Made by a program: the position numbers and the translations under genes
IMG/VR virus record: IMGVR_UViG_3300017708_000776
Span: 1-62,649 of that record
DNA length: 62,649 nt
Direction: 5' to 3' (one strand)
Source: a virus
Taxonomy: Duplodnaviria; Caudoviricetes
Shown here: piece by piece, positions 50,126-60,657 of the stretch
Layout of the letters: each line of letters begins with the position of its first letter
Position numbering within the stretch: the first letter of the stretch is position 1
The notes under the pieces: generated by a model
What the model saw: the letters and a program-made list of their open reading frames with translations, nothing else
Database searches by the model: none
What the model was told of the DNA's origin: nothing

Positions 50126-52288
50126 TTAGTATAACGCATTCCATTGTGTTCCATCCCAGAAAACTGGATATGGTACGCTTCCACCCTTACTTGAAGGATC
50201 CCAGTTAGTACCGTCTGCGACTGCAAACATACCAGGCTTGAGACCTAGTGCACCAATTGTTGTTGCAGTAGGAGCAGATGATTGAGGCACTTGATAAAGC
50301 ACATCATTAAATTGTCTTACAGTACCGATAGGTACAACATTGTCTCCATCATTAAAGAATGTTCTACCAGTTTTATCGTTGTGGTAAATTTTACCTTTTC
50401 TATCAGACAGAGTAGAATTCGTATCTGTATCCCAATTAGAAGTACCGCTGTTATATTGATAAAACGCTGTTGCACCATTTCCTTGGAAATGAATAATTGA
50501 TTCAGGTATATCAGGCGTAAAAGATAGACCAGAGAAAGATGCAGGGCCTTGTGACTGTGCAATATAACCATATGGTACAGAACCTGCAAACCTTTGAGTT
50601 CTCGAATCGGATGATAGATCAAAAGTAATTTCTGTGTCATTATCGAGGTTTGTACTATTGAACTGTGATGTTTTAATTGAGAGACTTGCCCCAATTTTAC
50701 GAACATAAACTTTTGTTCCATTTGGAAACGCATTCCAATCAGATGCATTTCCGTTACCTGCTGTTCCTAGACTTGTACCATTTGATATTAATGCTTGATC
50801 ACGAGTTGCGTCTCCATGACCTGATTGACCCAAGTTAAACACAAGACCCCACATTAATCCAGATGCGACAAAACCACCATGTGTTTGTCTAATAGCACTT
50901 AACGTATAGTGTTTTCCATCTTCTATAACATAACCAACAACAACACCCACAATATCATCATCAGAACCTGTTGATTTTAATGTAGCCTCATGTGTGTAAC
51001 TTTCATGTTTTCTTGGTGAGTAGAATCCTGTCGCTGATGCTGTGTTCAGAGAATTTTCGACTGCACCAGTACCTGAATTATATGACCATGCCGCTAAATC
51101 TGATTGATTTGCAAGAGGTTGACTTGAACCTTGATGGGAAAATCTATTCCAAGTATTAAAAACAACTAGCGGATCAGTTGGTGCTTGTGCGTCCGTAAGT
51201 TCTGCAGAAGTTTCAATAAACTTATCACTGAGTGCGACTAAAGCATTATCTGGAGAATTATAGTCGTACACTGATTTACTATTTACTTTTAACTCACCAT
51301 TATCAGTGGATACTGTATCAGTCCCAAGAAAGATTGTATTACTTGAAAGGTGTAACTGTCTCCATTTATTGGATGCAGTACCTAAGTCACGTGCACTATC
51401 TGTATCTGGAACAAGGTTTGTTGCAAGGTTTAATAAATTATTTGCAAGAGCAGTGTCACTTACATAGTTAGCACCATTGGTCAATTCATTGTTATTTGTT
51501 GGTATAGTTGGAGTACCTGACAGTGAACCATATGCACCATCAAATGCATCTGTGATTCCATAACCTGCTATTGTAGTTGGAGTACCAGTTAAGGAACTGT
51601 ATGCAAAATCCTGTGGTGTTTGTCTTGCCTGTACATATGACGCATCAACTGTAGATGTCACTAACGATGAGTCTTGAAAACGATCTCTTAACTGGATGTA
51701 TGCAGAGTCAACTAAATTTATAGTAAGATCAGAGTCTATACCTTCTTGACCAATAATCCTAATAACATGGTCTGAATCTAATATGTTAGGTTTACCAGTT
51801 AACGAATTGTATGTAAAGTCTTGAGGTGTCTGACGTACCTGTACATATGCACTATCAATCAGTATAGTAGCATCGACACTGTCAAATAAATCTGGAACAT
51901 CTGTTAAAGAAGTATATGAAAAATCCTGTTGTGTTTGTCTCGACTGTATGTGTGAACTGTCAATTAAATTTACGACTAACCCAGAGTCTATATTACTTTG
52001 ATTTGCTTGAATGTATGTTGCATCTATCAATGATTGTGTTGCAACGGAATCTAAGTAATGAGTTTGTCTTGCTTGAACATGCGTTGCATCTATTAGTGAA
52101 ATTGCTTCTGCAGAGTCTAAGAAATCAAACTTCAACTGTCTTGATTGCACGTATGCACTATCTACAATTCCTATGACGTTTGCAGAATCTACTTTTGTGT
52201 TAACAGCATCTGATAAGGATTGAAAGTTACCGTCTATCTCTGAGACAGTTAATCTACTCCCTTTTGTAGCTCTGAATATAATTGGCAT
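50126..52288 (-). CDS. Neck-associated fibre-like protein with DSAYVQAR repeats and a lectin-like domain
   Basis: Repeated (I/V)DSxY(V/I)QxRQ; DDDIVGVVVGY motif. Confidence 0.65.
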   Translation of the reverse strand: MPIIFRATKGSRLTVSEIDGNFQSLSDAVNTKVDSANVIGIVDSAYVQSRQLKFDFLDSAEAISLIDATHVQARQTHYLDSVATQSLIDATYIQANQSNIDSGLVVNLIDSSHIQSRQTQQDFSYTSLTDVPDLFDSVDATILIDSAYVQVRQTPQDFTYNSLTGKPNILDSDHVIRIIGQEGIDSDLTINLVDSAYIQLRDRFQDSSLVTSTVDASYVQARQTPQDFAYSSLTGTPTTIAGYGITDAFDGAYGSLSGTPTIPTNNNELTNGANYVSDTALANNLLNLATNLVPDTDSARDLGTASNKWRQLHLSSNTIFLGTDTVSTDNGELKVNSKSVYDYNSPDNALVALSDKFIETSAELTDAQAPTDPLVVFNTWNRFSHQGSSQPLANQSDLAAWSYNSGTGAVENSLNTASATGFYSPRKHESYTHEATLKSTGSDDDIVGVVVGYVIEDGKHYTLSAIRQTHGGFVASGLMWGLVFNLGQSGHGDATRDQALISNGTSLGTAGNGNASDWNAFPNGTKVYVRKIGASLSIKTSQFNSTNLDNDTEITFDLSSDSRTQRFAGSVPYGYIAQSQGPASFSGLSFTPDIPESIIHFQGNGATAFYQYNSGTSNWDTDTNSTLSDRKGKIYHNDKTGRTFFNDGDNVVPIGTVRQFNDVLYQVPQSSAPTATTIGALGLKPGMFAVADGTNWDPSSKGGSVPYPVFWDGTQWNALY

Positions 52289-52315
52289 GTTTTTATCCTA
52301 TTGCGTTAGATATAT

Positions 52316-53509
52316 TTAGTTGTTTTCTGCATCACCGAATGGGTTATCTTCTGTGAAATCTAAGAAATCGTCACTAAAATCTGTAAATGTCTCGTTTTGT
52401 TCTGTTTCTGAAATTTTATTATCTTCACTAACTGTTGTTATAGTAAATCCAGTAAGTGCATTATTTGTTACGTTTAGTAGTGTTCCACCAGTTGTGAAGG
52501 TATGATACTTACCATCGTCTGCACCAACATGTGCAAGATATAAGCAACGATCACTGTCACCTGCAGAATCAAGATCGATGTTTTGAATCTCACCAGTAAT
52601 TGTAACACCATCTGCAATAACTTGTTTGACTGTATCACCGATTGAATAATCACTATCCACTGAACTACCACCATCAAAAGCAATGAGTGGTAATGTTTCG
52701 TATCCTGATCCACCATTTGTAACCACAACAGATGTTACAAGACCTGTCGCGGAATCTATTATCGCTGTTGCTTCTGCACTGTCATCTGGATCTCCACCCA
52801 CAAATCTTATAGTTGGTGGTGTTGTATAATATGTACCACCAGTAAGTATAGACACAGTTGATATTGTTCCTTCAGGCCCGTATGCAGAATCGAATACATT
52901 ATCATCGTACTCAAAATTCATAGTGACTGATGTAGTAGGTTTCTTAGGTGCGGTTAAACAAACTTTGTACTGATAAGAACCTGTCTTCTCAATATCTTGG
53001 ATACCTTCGATACCTGTGTCAAAGTCTTCTCCAGTGTATTCAAATAGAGTTGCCCTCATTTTGTATACTGGTAAGTTCTCTATCTGATAGAACGGTTGTT
53101 CATGTTCTACGTGTTGTATCTCAAACATTTTATTTGTAAGAGGAAGATAAATTAAGTCACCCTCTGTAGGTCTGTCGGTTGCAATGTCATTGTCTGGTCT
53201 GCGAACCTGTGCAGAGAATCTTGTACGTGAAACCACAAAGGTTGCTTCGTCTCTAATCTCTACACCAAACCTAGTAAACAGATCTCCCTCTCCATCAAAC
53301 CCTTCTACATTTTCTATGTACATCTCTATCTTATGAGATGTTGGGAATCGAGATGTAACATCATCTCCTAATAACACATCTTCGTTTACCAAGTCTCTCG
53401 GTAAATAGTACACGTCTTGTCCATAGATCTTTAATGACTCTATGACTAAGTCTGCATAGAGATCCATTTCAGATCTTACTTTTTCCGAGAAGTAGAGGTT
53501 ACGAGCCAT
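52316..53509 (-). CDS. 14: Neck protein gp14 with inserted domain
   Basis: YGQDVYYLPR, FGVEIRDEATF, PTEGDLIYLP, FTEDNPFG. Confidence 0.92.
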   Translation of the reverse strand: MARNLYFSEKVRSEMDLYADLVIESLKIYGQDVYYLPRDLVNEDVLLGDDVTSRFPTSHKIEMYIENVEGFDGEGDLFTRFGVEIRDEATFVVSRTRFSAQVRRPDNDIATDRPTEGDLIYLPLTNKMFEIQHVEHEQPFYQIENLPVYKMRATLFEYTGEDFDTGIEGIQDIEKTGSYQYKVCLTAPKKPTTSVTMNFEYDDNVFDSAYGPEGTISTVSILTGGTYYTTPPTIRFVGGDPDDSAEATAIIDSATGLVTSVVVTNGGSGYETLPLIAFDGGSSVDSDYSIGDTVKQVIADGVTITGEIQNIDLDSAGDSDRCLYLAHVGADDGKYHTFTTGGTLLNVTNNALTGFTITTVSEDNKISETEQNETFTDFSDDFLDFTEDNPFGDAENN

Positions 53510-53514
53510 TTATG

Positions 53515-54270
53515 TTATCCTATAAAAAAGTCAACGGGCATTTCATGTTCTAGTCTAATTGTCTCTCTTAACCTTTCTAACTCTGATGTACCATCATCAT
53601 ATAATTGTCTTCCATTAAATGTTACACCGCCTGGTAACTGAACCCCCTCAAACTTGATAAGGTTCATTCCCCATTGTTGTTTAAACAATGAAGTAGTGTA
53701 ATCTTTTAACCACATGTCGTTATAAATCGATGTGTGCACTTCTGGATCTACTATAGTATAGACTTCTGCAACAACATATTCACCAACCTTGACATCCTTA
53801 TCATGGAAGTCTCCGAATATGTGTAATCTATCTTGATGTCTAGACCATTGGACTTGTGGTGTTCCATTTAGTTTCATATCTAATATTGACAAGTATTGTT
53901 GCATCTGCTCGTAGTATCCCAGATCTCCTGCGAAGTTTTGCAAGTCTGCGATATCATTTAACATCATTTGATATTTAATGTCAAAGAAATTAAACGATGA
54001 GTTGAAGGAAGATGCAACTGGAAATAGTTTGGTCACAGTTAAAACATCTGAAGATATCGGAATGTATTCATTATCGACATCAGTCTGAGTAATTAAATGT
54101 TTTAAGTATGTCCTGACCGTTGCGTCTGAGTGGTACTCTTGATAGTACTGTAATGCCTCATCGACACGGTCTTCCATTTGATCTTCATCGATGTTGATCT
54201 CTAAAACTGGATCGCCAAGTCTTCTTTTGGCATAGTCTATGAGATCTTGTCTAGATGCAGGAACCGCCAT
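53515..54270 (-). CDS. 13: Neck protein gp13
   Basis: RRLGDPVLEINID, WLKDY, QQWGMNLIKFEGVQLPGG. Confidence 0.93.
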   Translation of the reverse strand: MAVPASRQDLIDYAKRRLGDPVLEINIDEDQMEDRVDEALQYYQEYHSDATVRTYLKHLITQTDVDNEYIPISSDVLTVTKLFPVASSFNSSFNFFDIKYQMMLNDIADLQNFAGDLGYYEQMQQYLSILDMKLNGTPQVQWSRHQDRLHIFGDFHDKDVKVGEYVVAEVYTIVDPEVHTSIYNDMWLKDYTTSLFKQQWGMNLIKFEGVQLPGGVTFNGRQLYDDGTSELERLRETIRLEHEMPVDFFIG

Positions 54271-54301
54271 AATAGTCTCCAAAAACTAAATTATTTGGTA
54301 C

Positions 54302-54309
54302 TATTTATA
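54302..54309 (-). promoter_or_regulatory. T4-type late promoter
   Basis: TATAAATA. Confidence 0.75.
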
Positions 54310-54326
54310 ATGTTTTCACTTTACAA

Positions 54327-55880
54327 TTATGCGGCATTTCCAGAGGATGCAACCCCACTTGCTGATTTGTAAGGTAATTCACCAAAATCAGTGGCATTAC
54401 CTGTGGTTTGTATTGTCACATATTCAATATCAACATCGTTCTGACCCCCAATACAAAGAGCGTATGTTCCATCTGACGCAGCACCCATTCTCCCATTTCC
54501 TGAAATTAAATTTCCAAAAGAATTTGCATCTGATAGGGTTTGTGTTACATTATATGTTATTATAGTCTTGCTTGAATTACCACCAAAGGTAATACCTCTT
54601 GTAGAATCAGAACACGATGCATGATCACTTTCGTGTGAGTGAGTACCAGTGAATGAGGTTGCATTACCTATTGTCTGAGTTGTAAGATATTTTATAGAAC
54701 CAGAACTACCCCCATGATACATTACACTACGAGTCGCATCATTCCATGCAGAGGCTGAATTTGTCGCAGAAGCATAATATCCAAATATTGCTGCATTTCC
54801 AGTGGTATCTATAACAATATATTCAATATCTGTAGTGTTACCCTGATTTGCGCGATATCCACCCCATTGTAATCCATAAATACTATCGCCTGTTCCAGCT
54901 GCTTGGTAGGTAGTGTAGTATAATGTCCTATTAAAACTATCTTGACCAGTTGCATAATAAAGTGGTAAACCAAAAGTTGAACTATTTCCAAGTGTTGCAG
55001 TTGTCACATATTGAATAGTTCTACTTCCCCACCAAGGCCAGAGATCTCGATTTCCACCCCAGAAAATAGCCCTTGTGCCATTAGATATATTACCAGTAAC
55101 ATCGTCTTTGGCACGATTTAAGTTACCAAAATCTGAGGAGTTGCCTGGAGTAGTGATGTCGTTGTATACTATATCATTAACCACGGCATTATAATTAGAT
55201 CCGTTACCATTATAATCTGATTTGGTATAACCAATGTGATGAACTGATCTAGTACCACCCCAAGCAATTCCTGTAGGCCCTGCAGTACTATATGAAATAG
55301 TTACGTCTTTGGAAACAACGTTGATACCGTCATTCCATCTAAAAGTGTAAATAAATTCACCACTAGAATCTTCTAGGTTACCTGCAGCGACTGCATCTCC
55401 TATTTGATCAGCAGTCTTAGGAGTAAAAGTCCATACAGAAGAATCGTTAGTAATAGTAACCAAGTATTGGGCACTGTCTGTAACGACACTTGTATCCACT
55501 AATACATCTGAGTCAACATCAGTTGCAAGTGCAGTTATAGTTAAGGGTGTCACAGAATCTGAAATGGTGTAAGTTGCATTTGGTTCTGTAACCCATGTTG
55601 GGCCTGCAGTGTTTAGATTTGTGTCTGCATTGTACCAACCAGATCCATCAGAAATGTAAAGTCTACCTATACTATCACTAATTTTTACAAGTGCTTTTTG
55701 ACCTTCAGACAATCCAGTGGTAGGTAAACTATCTAAACTATTAAGATATATCACAGATCCAGATACATTTGAAGTAATAATTGTTTCTACTTCACTCGAA
55801 TCAAAAGAATCAATCTTAGAACTCTTTACTTCTCCTTGAGCATTTATTAGATCTGCTATTCTTCTACCAAAACTTTTCAT
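54327..55880 (-). CDS. Fibre/appendage-like paralogue 3
   Basis: Shared stem (YTFRWNDG variant) + FGxL repeats, ends SGNAA. Confidence 0.7.
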   Translation of the reverse strand: MKSFGRRIADLINAQGEVKSSKIDSFDSSEVETIITSNVSGSVIYLNSLDSLPTTGLSEGQKALVKISDSIGRLYISDGSGWYNADTNLNTAGPTWVTEPNATYTISDSVTPLTITALATDVDSDVLVDTSVVTDSAQYLVTITNDSSVWTFTPKTADQIGDAVAAGNLEDSSGEFIYTFRWNDGINVVSKDVTISYSTAGPTGIAWGGTRSVHHIGYTKSDYNGNGSNYNAVVNDIVYNDITTPGNSSDFGNLNRAKDDVTGNISNGTRAIFWGGNRDLWPWWGSRTIQYVTTATLGNSSTFGLPLYYATGQDSFNRTLYYTTYQAAGTGDSIYGLQWGGYRANQGNTTDIEYIVIDTTGNAAIFGYYASATNSASAWNDATRSVMYHGGSSGSIKYLTTQTIGNATSFTGTHSHESDHASCSDSTRGITFGGNSSKTIITYNVTQTLSDANSFGNLISGNGRMGAASDGTYALCIGGQNDVDIEYVTIQTTGNATDFGELPYKSASGVASSGNAA

Positions 55881-57529
55881 GAGGCATTTCCAGAAGATGC
55901 CTGACCAACTCTGTGACCATATATTAGGTCTGCAAAATCAACAGCGTTGCCTGGAGTTGAGACCGTTATTCTTTCTATATAGTTTGTTATAGTACTCCAT
56001 GAACCTAGAAGAGGATTACTATTGTTTGTTGTGCCTCCTGACATGGTTACATAAGTTCCATCACCTGCACCACATGAGGTTCTTCGATTCCAAACCAAAT
56101 TACCAAAGGTAGTCGCCTCTCCTGTACTAGACATATTCAAACGATCTATTTCATCAGAAATATCTGTAACTATAGTTGAACCACTAATATAATTATAGTG
56201 TCTACCTCCTGCTATTATAAGGTAAGTCGCATCACCACATACAACTGGATCACTCGTATAGCTATGTACCGTATCACCATTTGCATTAGTGTTATTGATT
56301 TCACCAAATGACACACAATCGGATGTAGTATCAAATGTGTAATACCATATTTTTTGTTTGTCTGCACCACTCGCAGTATCGTTTGTCGCAACTATTAATG
56401 CTCTCTCAGAATTATTCCATGCACGTGCACTATACAGTTGTTGACCCATTGGTGCTTGATATGTCGCATCTCCTGTGGTGTCTACCGTTACTTGTTGTAA
56501 ACCTTGAGTAGATCCATATTGCACTCCACCACTATAGGCCCAACCACCACCCATAATTGCTTTAGTCCCATCACATGCTGCGAATACTCCTGCACCCATA
56601 TAACCTGCAGATGGTACGATCATATTACCGAATTGAGCACTGTTACTTGGAACTGCAGTTGTATGATATTTAATATCATCAGTTCCTGTAAATGATGCAC
56701 CCATCTTCTCACCACCACATGTTAAAACTCTAGTACTGTTACTGCATGTACCAAATGAAGTAGTGCCTCTAGAACCAAAAACATTAAGATCTCCAAAATC
56801 TTGAGCGGTGCTAGCTGTACTTATTGAATAGTAAGTTATGTATGTTTCACCGTTATTTCCATTAGGACTCGAACCACTAAGAGCAGCGTTAGAATAATAT
56901 CCACCCATAGTCAAAGCTCTATCACCACCCCATTCAAATGGTAACGCAGATGGACTATATGAAATAGTTACTGCTTTAGAAATAACATTAACACCGTCTG
57001 ACCATTTAAAAGTATAGATAAAGTCACCATTAGAGTCCGTTAAGTTGCCTGCAGCGACTGCATCCCCTATTTGTGTTTTTGTTTTAGGCGTAAAAGTCCA
57101 CACAGATGAATCGTTGGATATGGTTGCCATGTATTGAGCTGAGTCAGATACAAAACTTTGATTAATTAAATTTGGATTATCTGAGTCTAAAGCAAGTGCA
57201 GTTATAACAAGAGGAGTGACAGAGTCTGCAATCGTATAAGTTTCATCTGGTTCACTATTCCAGTAAGGTGAAGAACTAATTACATATCCTGTATTATACC
57301 AACCAGATCCATTCGATATATAATGTTTTTTATTCTCTTCTACAAATGCTTGGAGACCTATGGATAGATTTGTCGTAGGAAGAGAATCCAGTGTTTCAAA
57401 ATATTGCATTGGAATTGATTGGACTGCACTGGAATCTAAACCACCTGCAACAAACTTTAATCTATTGTTACCAGTATTGTCAATCTCCGTAGCACGAAGC
57501 ATTGTGACAATGTCCAATGATCTACTCAT
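55877..57529 (-). CDS. Fibre/appendage-like paralogue 4
   Basis: Start MSRSLDI via TAATG overlap; shared stem + FGxL repeats, ends SGNAS. Confidence 0.7.
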   Translation of the reverse strand: MSRSLDIVTMLRATEIDNTGNNRLKFVAGGLDSSAVQSIPMQYFETLDSLPTTNLSIGLQAFVEENKKHYISNGSGWYNTGYVISSSPYWNSEPDETYTIADSVTPLVITALALDSDNPNLINQSFVSDSAQYMATISNDSSVWTFTPKTKTQIGDAVAAGNLTDSNGDFIYTFKWSDGVNVISKAVTISYSPSALPFEWGGDRALTMGGYYSNAALSGSSPNGNNGETYITYYSISTASTAQDFGDLNVFGSRGTTSFGTCSNSTRVLTCGGEKMGASFTGTDDIKYHTTAVPSNSAQFGNMIVPSAGYMGAGVFAACDGTKAIMGGGWAYSGGVQYGSTQGLQQVTVDTTGDATYQAPMGQQLYSARAWNNSERALIVATNDTASGADKQKIWYYTFDTTSDCVSFGEINNTNANGDTVHSYTSDPVVCGDATYLIIAGGRHYNYISGSTIVTDISDEIDRLNMSSTGEATTFGNLVWNRRTSCGAGDGTYVTMSGGTTNNSNPLLGSWSTITNYIERITVSTPGNAVDFADLIYGHRVGQASSGNAS

Positions 57530-59031
57530 TATGCGGCGTTTCCTGATACAGCACAACCATATCTTCTAGCAAAATCTAAATCACCATGATCAGTAGCATT
57601 ACCTGAACTAGACATACTCCAACGATCTATTACATCATATGTAGTTCCGCTTCCTGCCCACGGGTTCTCACCCCCAACTGCTACACCATAATCTTTATTT
57701 CCTGTCACACCATGACTTTGTCTTTGAACTGTTAAATCTCCATAGTAAGTTGCATTTTGATTTGTATCTAATGTAAATTCTTCTATATGATCTCCATAAC
57801 CTGTATTATTTTCACCACCTGCTGTTGTACACTTAGAAGAAATTCCATGACCACCCAGATATCTACGAGCAAATGTTAAATCTCCAAAATCAGTTGCATT
57901 ACCAGTTGTATCAATTGTGATTCTATCAATATTATTGAGACCAGCTGGTGCTTGACCACCACATATACCCATATACGTACCATCAGAAACACCAGAACCA
58001 TGTTCCCTTGATTGTGCCAAGGTTCCAAAATTTACAGCATGGGCAGCTGGATCAATAGTTACATATTCAATACCATTCCAACCTTGTCCAACATCATTTG
58101 GTGGATTTCCTCCACCTGCAATAATACCTCTAGTATTATTACTTGCGTTTGCAGTACCAAAATTATTTCTTGTCATATCACCAAAATCTGCGGCATTTCC
58201 TAATGTGGCAGATGAAACATAGAATATAACATTTCCACCGCCTGATCCACCAGTAAATAGTTGTTTTTCGCCATTTGAAATATTAGCACTCATATAATAT
58301 AAATTATATGGAAAATCGCCAAAATCTGAAGCGTCACTTGCTGTTGTAATGTCAAAGTAATCTATTTGATTATTCCCTTGGAATGTGGAAAGTCCTCTAT
58401 CACCACCCCAATTAAAAACACCACCTCCACCGCCTGCAGGATTATAAGTAATAGTTACTGCCTTGGTGACAAAATTTATTCCATCAGACCATTTAAACGT
58501 ATAGATAAAATCTCCGTTAGAATCAGTTAGGTTACCTGCCGCAACTTCTATACCTATAGAGTCTGCACTTTTTGGAGTAAATGTCCATACCGAAGAATCA
58601 TTAGATATGTTGACCATGTACTGTGCGGAATCAGTCGCAACACTCTGGTTTAGTAAGTTGATGTCTGAGTTGTCTGAGTCAGTTGCTTTAGCAGTGATTA
58701 ATAAAGGAGTTGCTGAATCTACAATATCATATTCTGCATCTGGTTCTCCACCAGAATCCCAATTAGGTGTCGCATTTATCAACGCAACGTTGAACCATCC
58801 AGATCCATTTGACATATACAATCTGTTTGTTCCAGAAACATATGCTTGTTGACCTGCTTCCAAATTAGTCATAGGTAAAGAATCTAATGTAGAAAAATGT
58901 TCTAAACCAATATTTTGTACTTGTGCAGAATCGACACCTGCAGGAGAACTGGTGTTCAATAGAACTAGGTTTGAAGTGTTATCTACTTCTGTCTTAGATA
59001 GTATTGTTGCTATGTCTCTTGATCTACCCAT
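57529..59031 (-). CDS. Fibre/appendage-like paralogue 5
   Basis: Shared stem + GNATDFGDL repeats, ends SGNAA. Confidence 0.7.
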   Translation of the reverse strand: MGRSRDIATILSKTEVDNTSNLVLLNTSSPAGVDSAQVQNIGLEHFSTLDSLPMTNLEAGQQAYVSGTNRLYMSNGSGWFNVALINATPNWDSGGEPDAEYDIVDSATPLLITAKATDSDNSDINLLNQSVATDSAQYMVNISNDSSVWTFTPKSADSIGIEVAAGNLTDSNGDFIYTFKWSDGINFVTKAVTITYNPAGGGGGVFNWGGDRGLSTFQGNNQIDYFDITTASDASDFGDFPYNLYYMSANISNGEKQLFTGGSGGGNVIFYVSSATLGNAADFGDMTRNNFGTANASNNTRGIIAGGGNPPNDVGQGWNGIEYVTIDPAAHAVNFGTLAQSREHGSGVSDGTYMGICGGQAPAGLNNIDRITIDTTGNATDFGDLTFARRYLGGHGISSKCTTAGGENNTGYGDHIEEFTLDTNQNATYYGDLTVQRQSHGVTGNKDYGVAVGGENPWAGSGTTYDVIDRWSMSSSGNATDHGDLDFARRYGCAVSGNAA

Positions 59032-60656
59032 TATGCACTCCCACCAGATACTGCAGATCCAGCCATTCTGGAAATTGTTAGTTCTCCGAATAAAATTGCA
59101 TTGCCTGGCGTACTCATTGTTACTTCTTGGATTTCATTAGTATCCGCATTACTACCAGTTCTAGTAGTTCTACCGCCAGCAAAGTGTGCTTTTGTTCCAT
59201 TTGCAGTGGCACTTGTAAATGACTCACCGCCTGGTGAACCACCTGCAAAACCACCTCTTAGATCTCCAAAGTCTGAAGCATTGCCTGGTGATGATACTGT
59301 TATATACTCAATTCTTTCAGAAATAGTACCGCCTTGATAATTACTACTACTTATTGGTGTGCCAATATCAGTGCCACCCATGAATAATGCAATATCACCT
59401 CCACCTGTACCTGCAGCTGCAAGAAAGAGTTTAGCACTCATTAGGTTTCCAAAATCATAAGCATTTGTATTATTCGCAACAACGTGATAATCTATTCTGT
59501 CATAATAGTTATACATAAGTCCGCCACCCACCGAACTGTGTTGGAAATAATATCCACCACCGATTACCATCGTAGTGCCATTTGAAGCTGCAGCTGCATA
59601 TGATCTCGCAAGAGAAAGATTTCCTTGAGTGGTACTGTTACCTGTAGTTGCAATAGTCACATATTCCATAGTGGCAAAATCTTTGTTTGTATTTGCCATG
59701 TTAGAGTATGCGAGTGTTCCTCCTCCTGCAGCGACTGCATAAGTACCATCACCTTCAACTGCAGGAGCGCTTGTTCTTCTAGGAAGGGTTCCAAACTGTG
59801 ATGAATTACCTAGAGTTGCACATGTAAAATAGTACGTTTCATCTAAACCACTACCTGCATAAGTGTCACCGTGTGCTGTCGCATCGCCATTTCCACCCAT
59901 TATAACTGCTCTAGTGTTGTTAGATGCCGCACCACCATAAGTTATTTTACCAGGCGAGATATCACCAAATTTGGATGCATTGCCCGATGTAACCATATCC
60001 CAATAATCTACATCTGTATAATCTGATCCGTTGGTTCCAGATATATAAAGTGCACGATTTCCATAGAATGTACCTTCTGGAGGCGCAACTGCACCGCCGG
60101 GACTATATCCAATAGTTACTGCTTTAGAAACAAAACTAATACCATCTGACCACTTGAATGTATAAACAAAGTCACCATTGGAGTCTGTTAGATTACCTGC
60201 CGCAACAAATGCACCTATTTGACTTGCGGTCTTTGGCGTAAATGTCCATACGGATGAATCAACTGTAATATCGACCATGTATTGCGCTGAGTCACTTACA
60301 ATACTTTGGTTCAGTAAACCCTTATCAGGATTATCAGAGTCTGTTGCAAGTGCAGTAATTACTAGTGGAGTTGCTGAATCCGCAATGTCATATGTAGCAT
60401 CTGGTTCTGTTGCCCATGTAGGTGATCTATTGACTAATGTTGTATTATACCAACCAGAACCATCTGAAATATAAAGTCTGTTAGTATTTTTAATAAACGC
60501 CTCATCACCTTCAGATAAACCTGTCATGGGTAATGAGTCAAGTGCATCGAAAACCTGAAGTGCGGTTCCTGTAATGTTTAGTATATCTGCAGAGTCTAAA
60601 CCAGCTGTACCTTGCTGTTCTTCGACTGCGAATCTTATAGTACTAAGTTTTACCAT
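59031..60656 (-). CDS. Fibre/appendage-like paralogue 6
   Basis: Shared stem + FGxL repeats, ends SGGSA. Confidence 0.7.
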   Translation of the reverse strand: MVKLSTIRFAVEEQQGTAGLDSADILNITGTALQVFDALDSLPMTGLSEGDEAFIKNTNRLYISDGSGWYNTTLVNRSPTWATEPDATYDIADSATPLVITALATDSDNPDKGLLNQSIVSDSAQYMVDITVDSSVWTFTPKTASQIGAFVAAGNLTDSNGDFVYTFKWSDGISFVSKAVTIGYSPGGAVAPPEGTFYGNRALYISGTNGSDYTDVDYWDMVTSGNASKFGDISPGKITYGGAASNNTRAVIMGGNGDATAHGDTYAGSGLDETYYFTCATLGNSSQFGTLPRRTSAPAVEGDGTYAVAAGGGTLAYSNMANTNKDFATMEYVTIATTGNSTTQGNLSLARSYAAAASNGTTMVIGGGYYFQHSSVGGGLMYNYYDRIDYHVVANNTNAYDFGNLMSAKLFLAAAGTGGGDIALFMGGTDIGTPISSSNYQGGTISERIEYITVSSPGNASDFGDLRGGFAGGSPGGESFTSATANGTKAHFAGGRTTRTGSNADTNEIQEVTMSTPGNAILFGELTISRMAGSAVSGGSA

Positions 60657-60657
60657 A

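Noticed and set aside
54327-60656. Diversity-generating retroelement or invertible tail-fibre cassette
   Set aside because: No reverse transcriptase or invertase in the window; all copies are in the same orientation; no adenine-specific template/variable repeat pair seen
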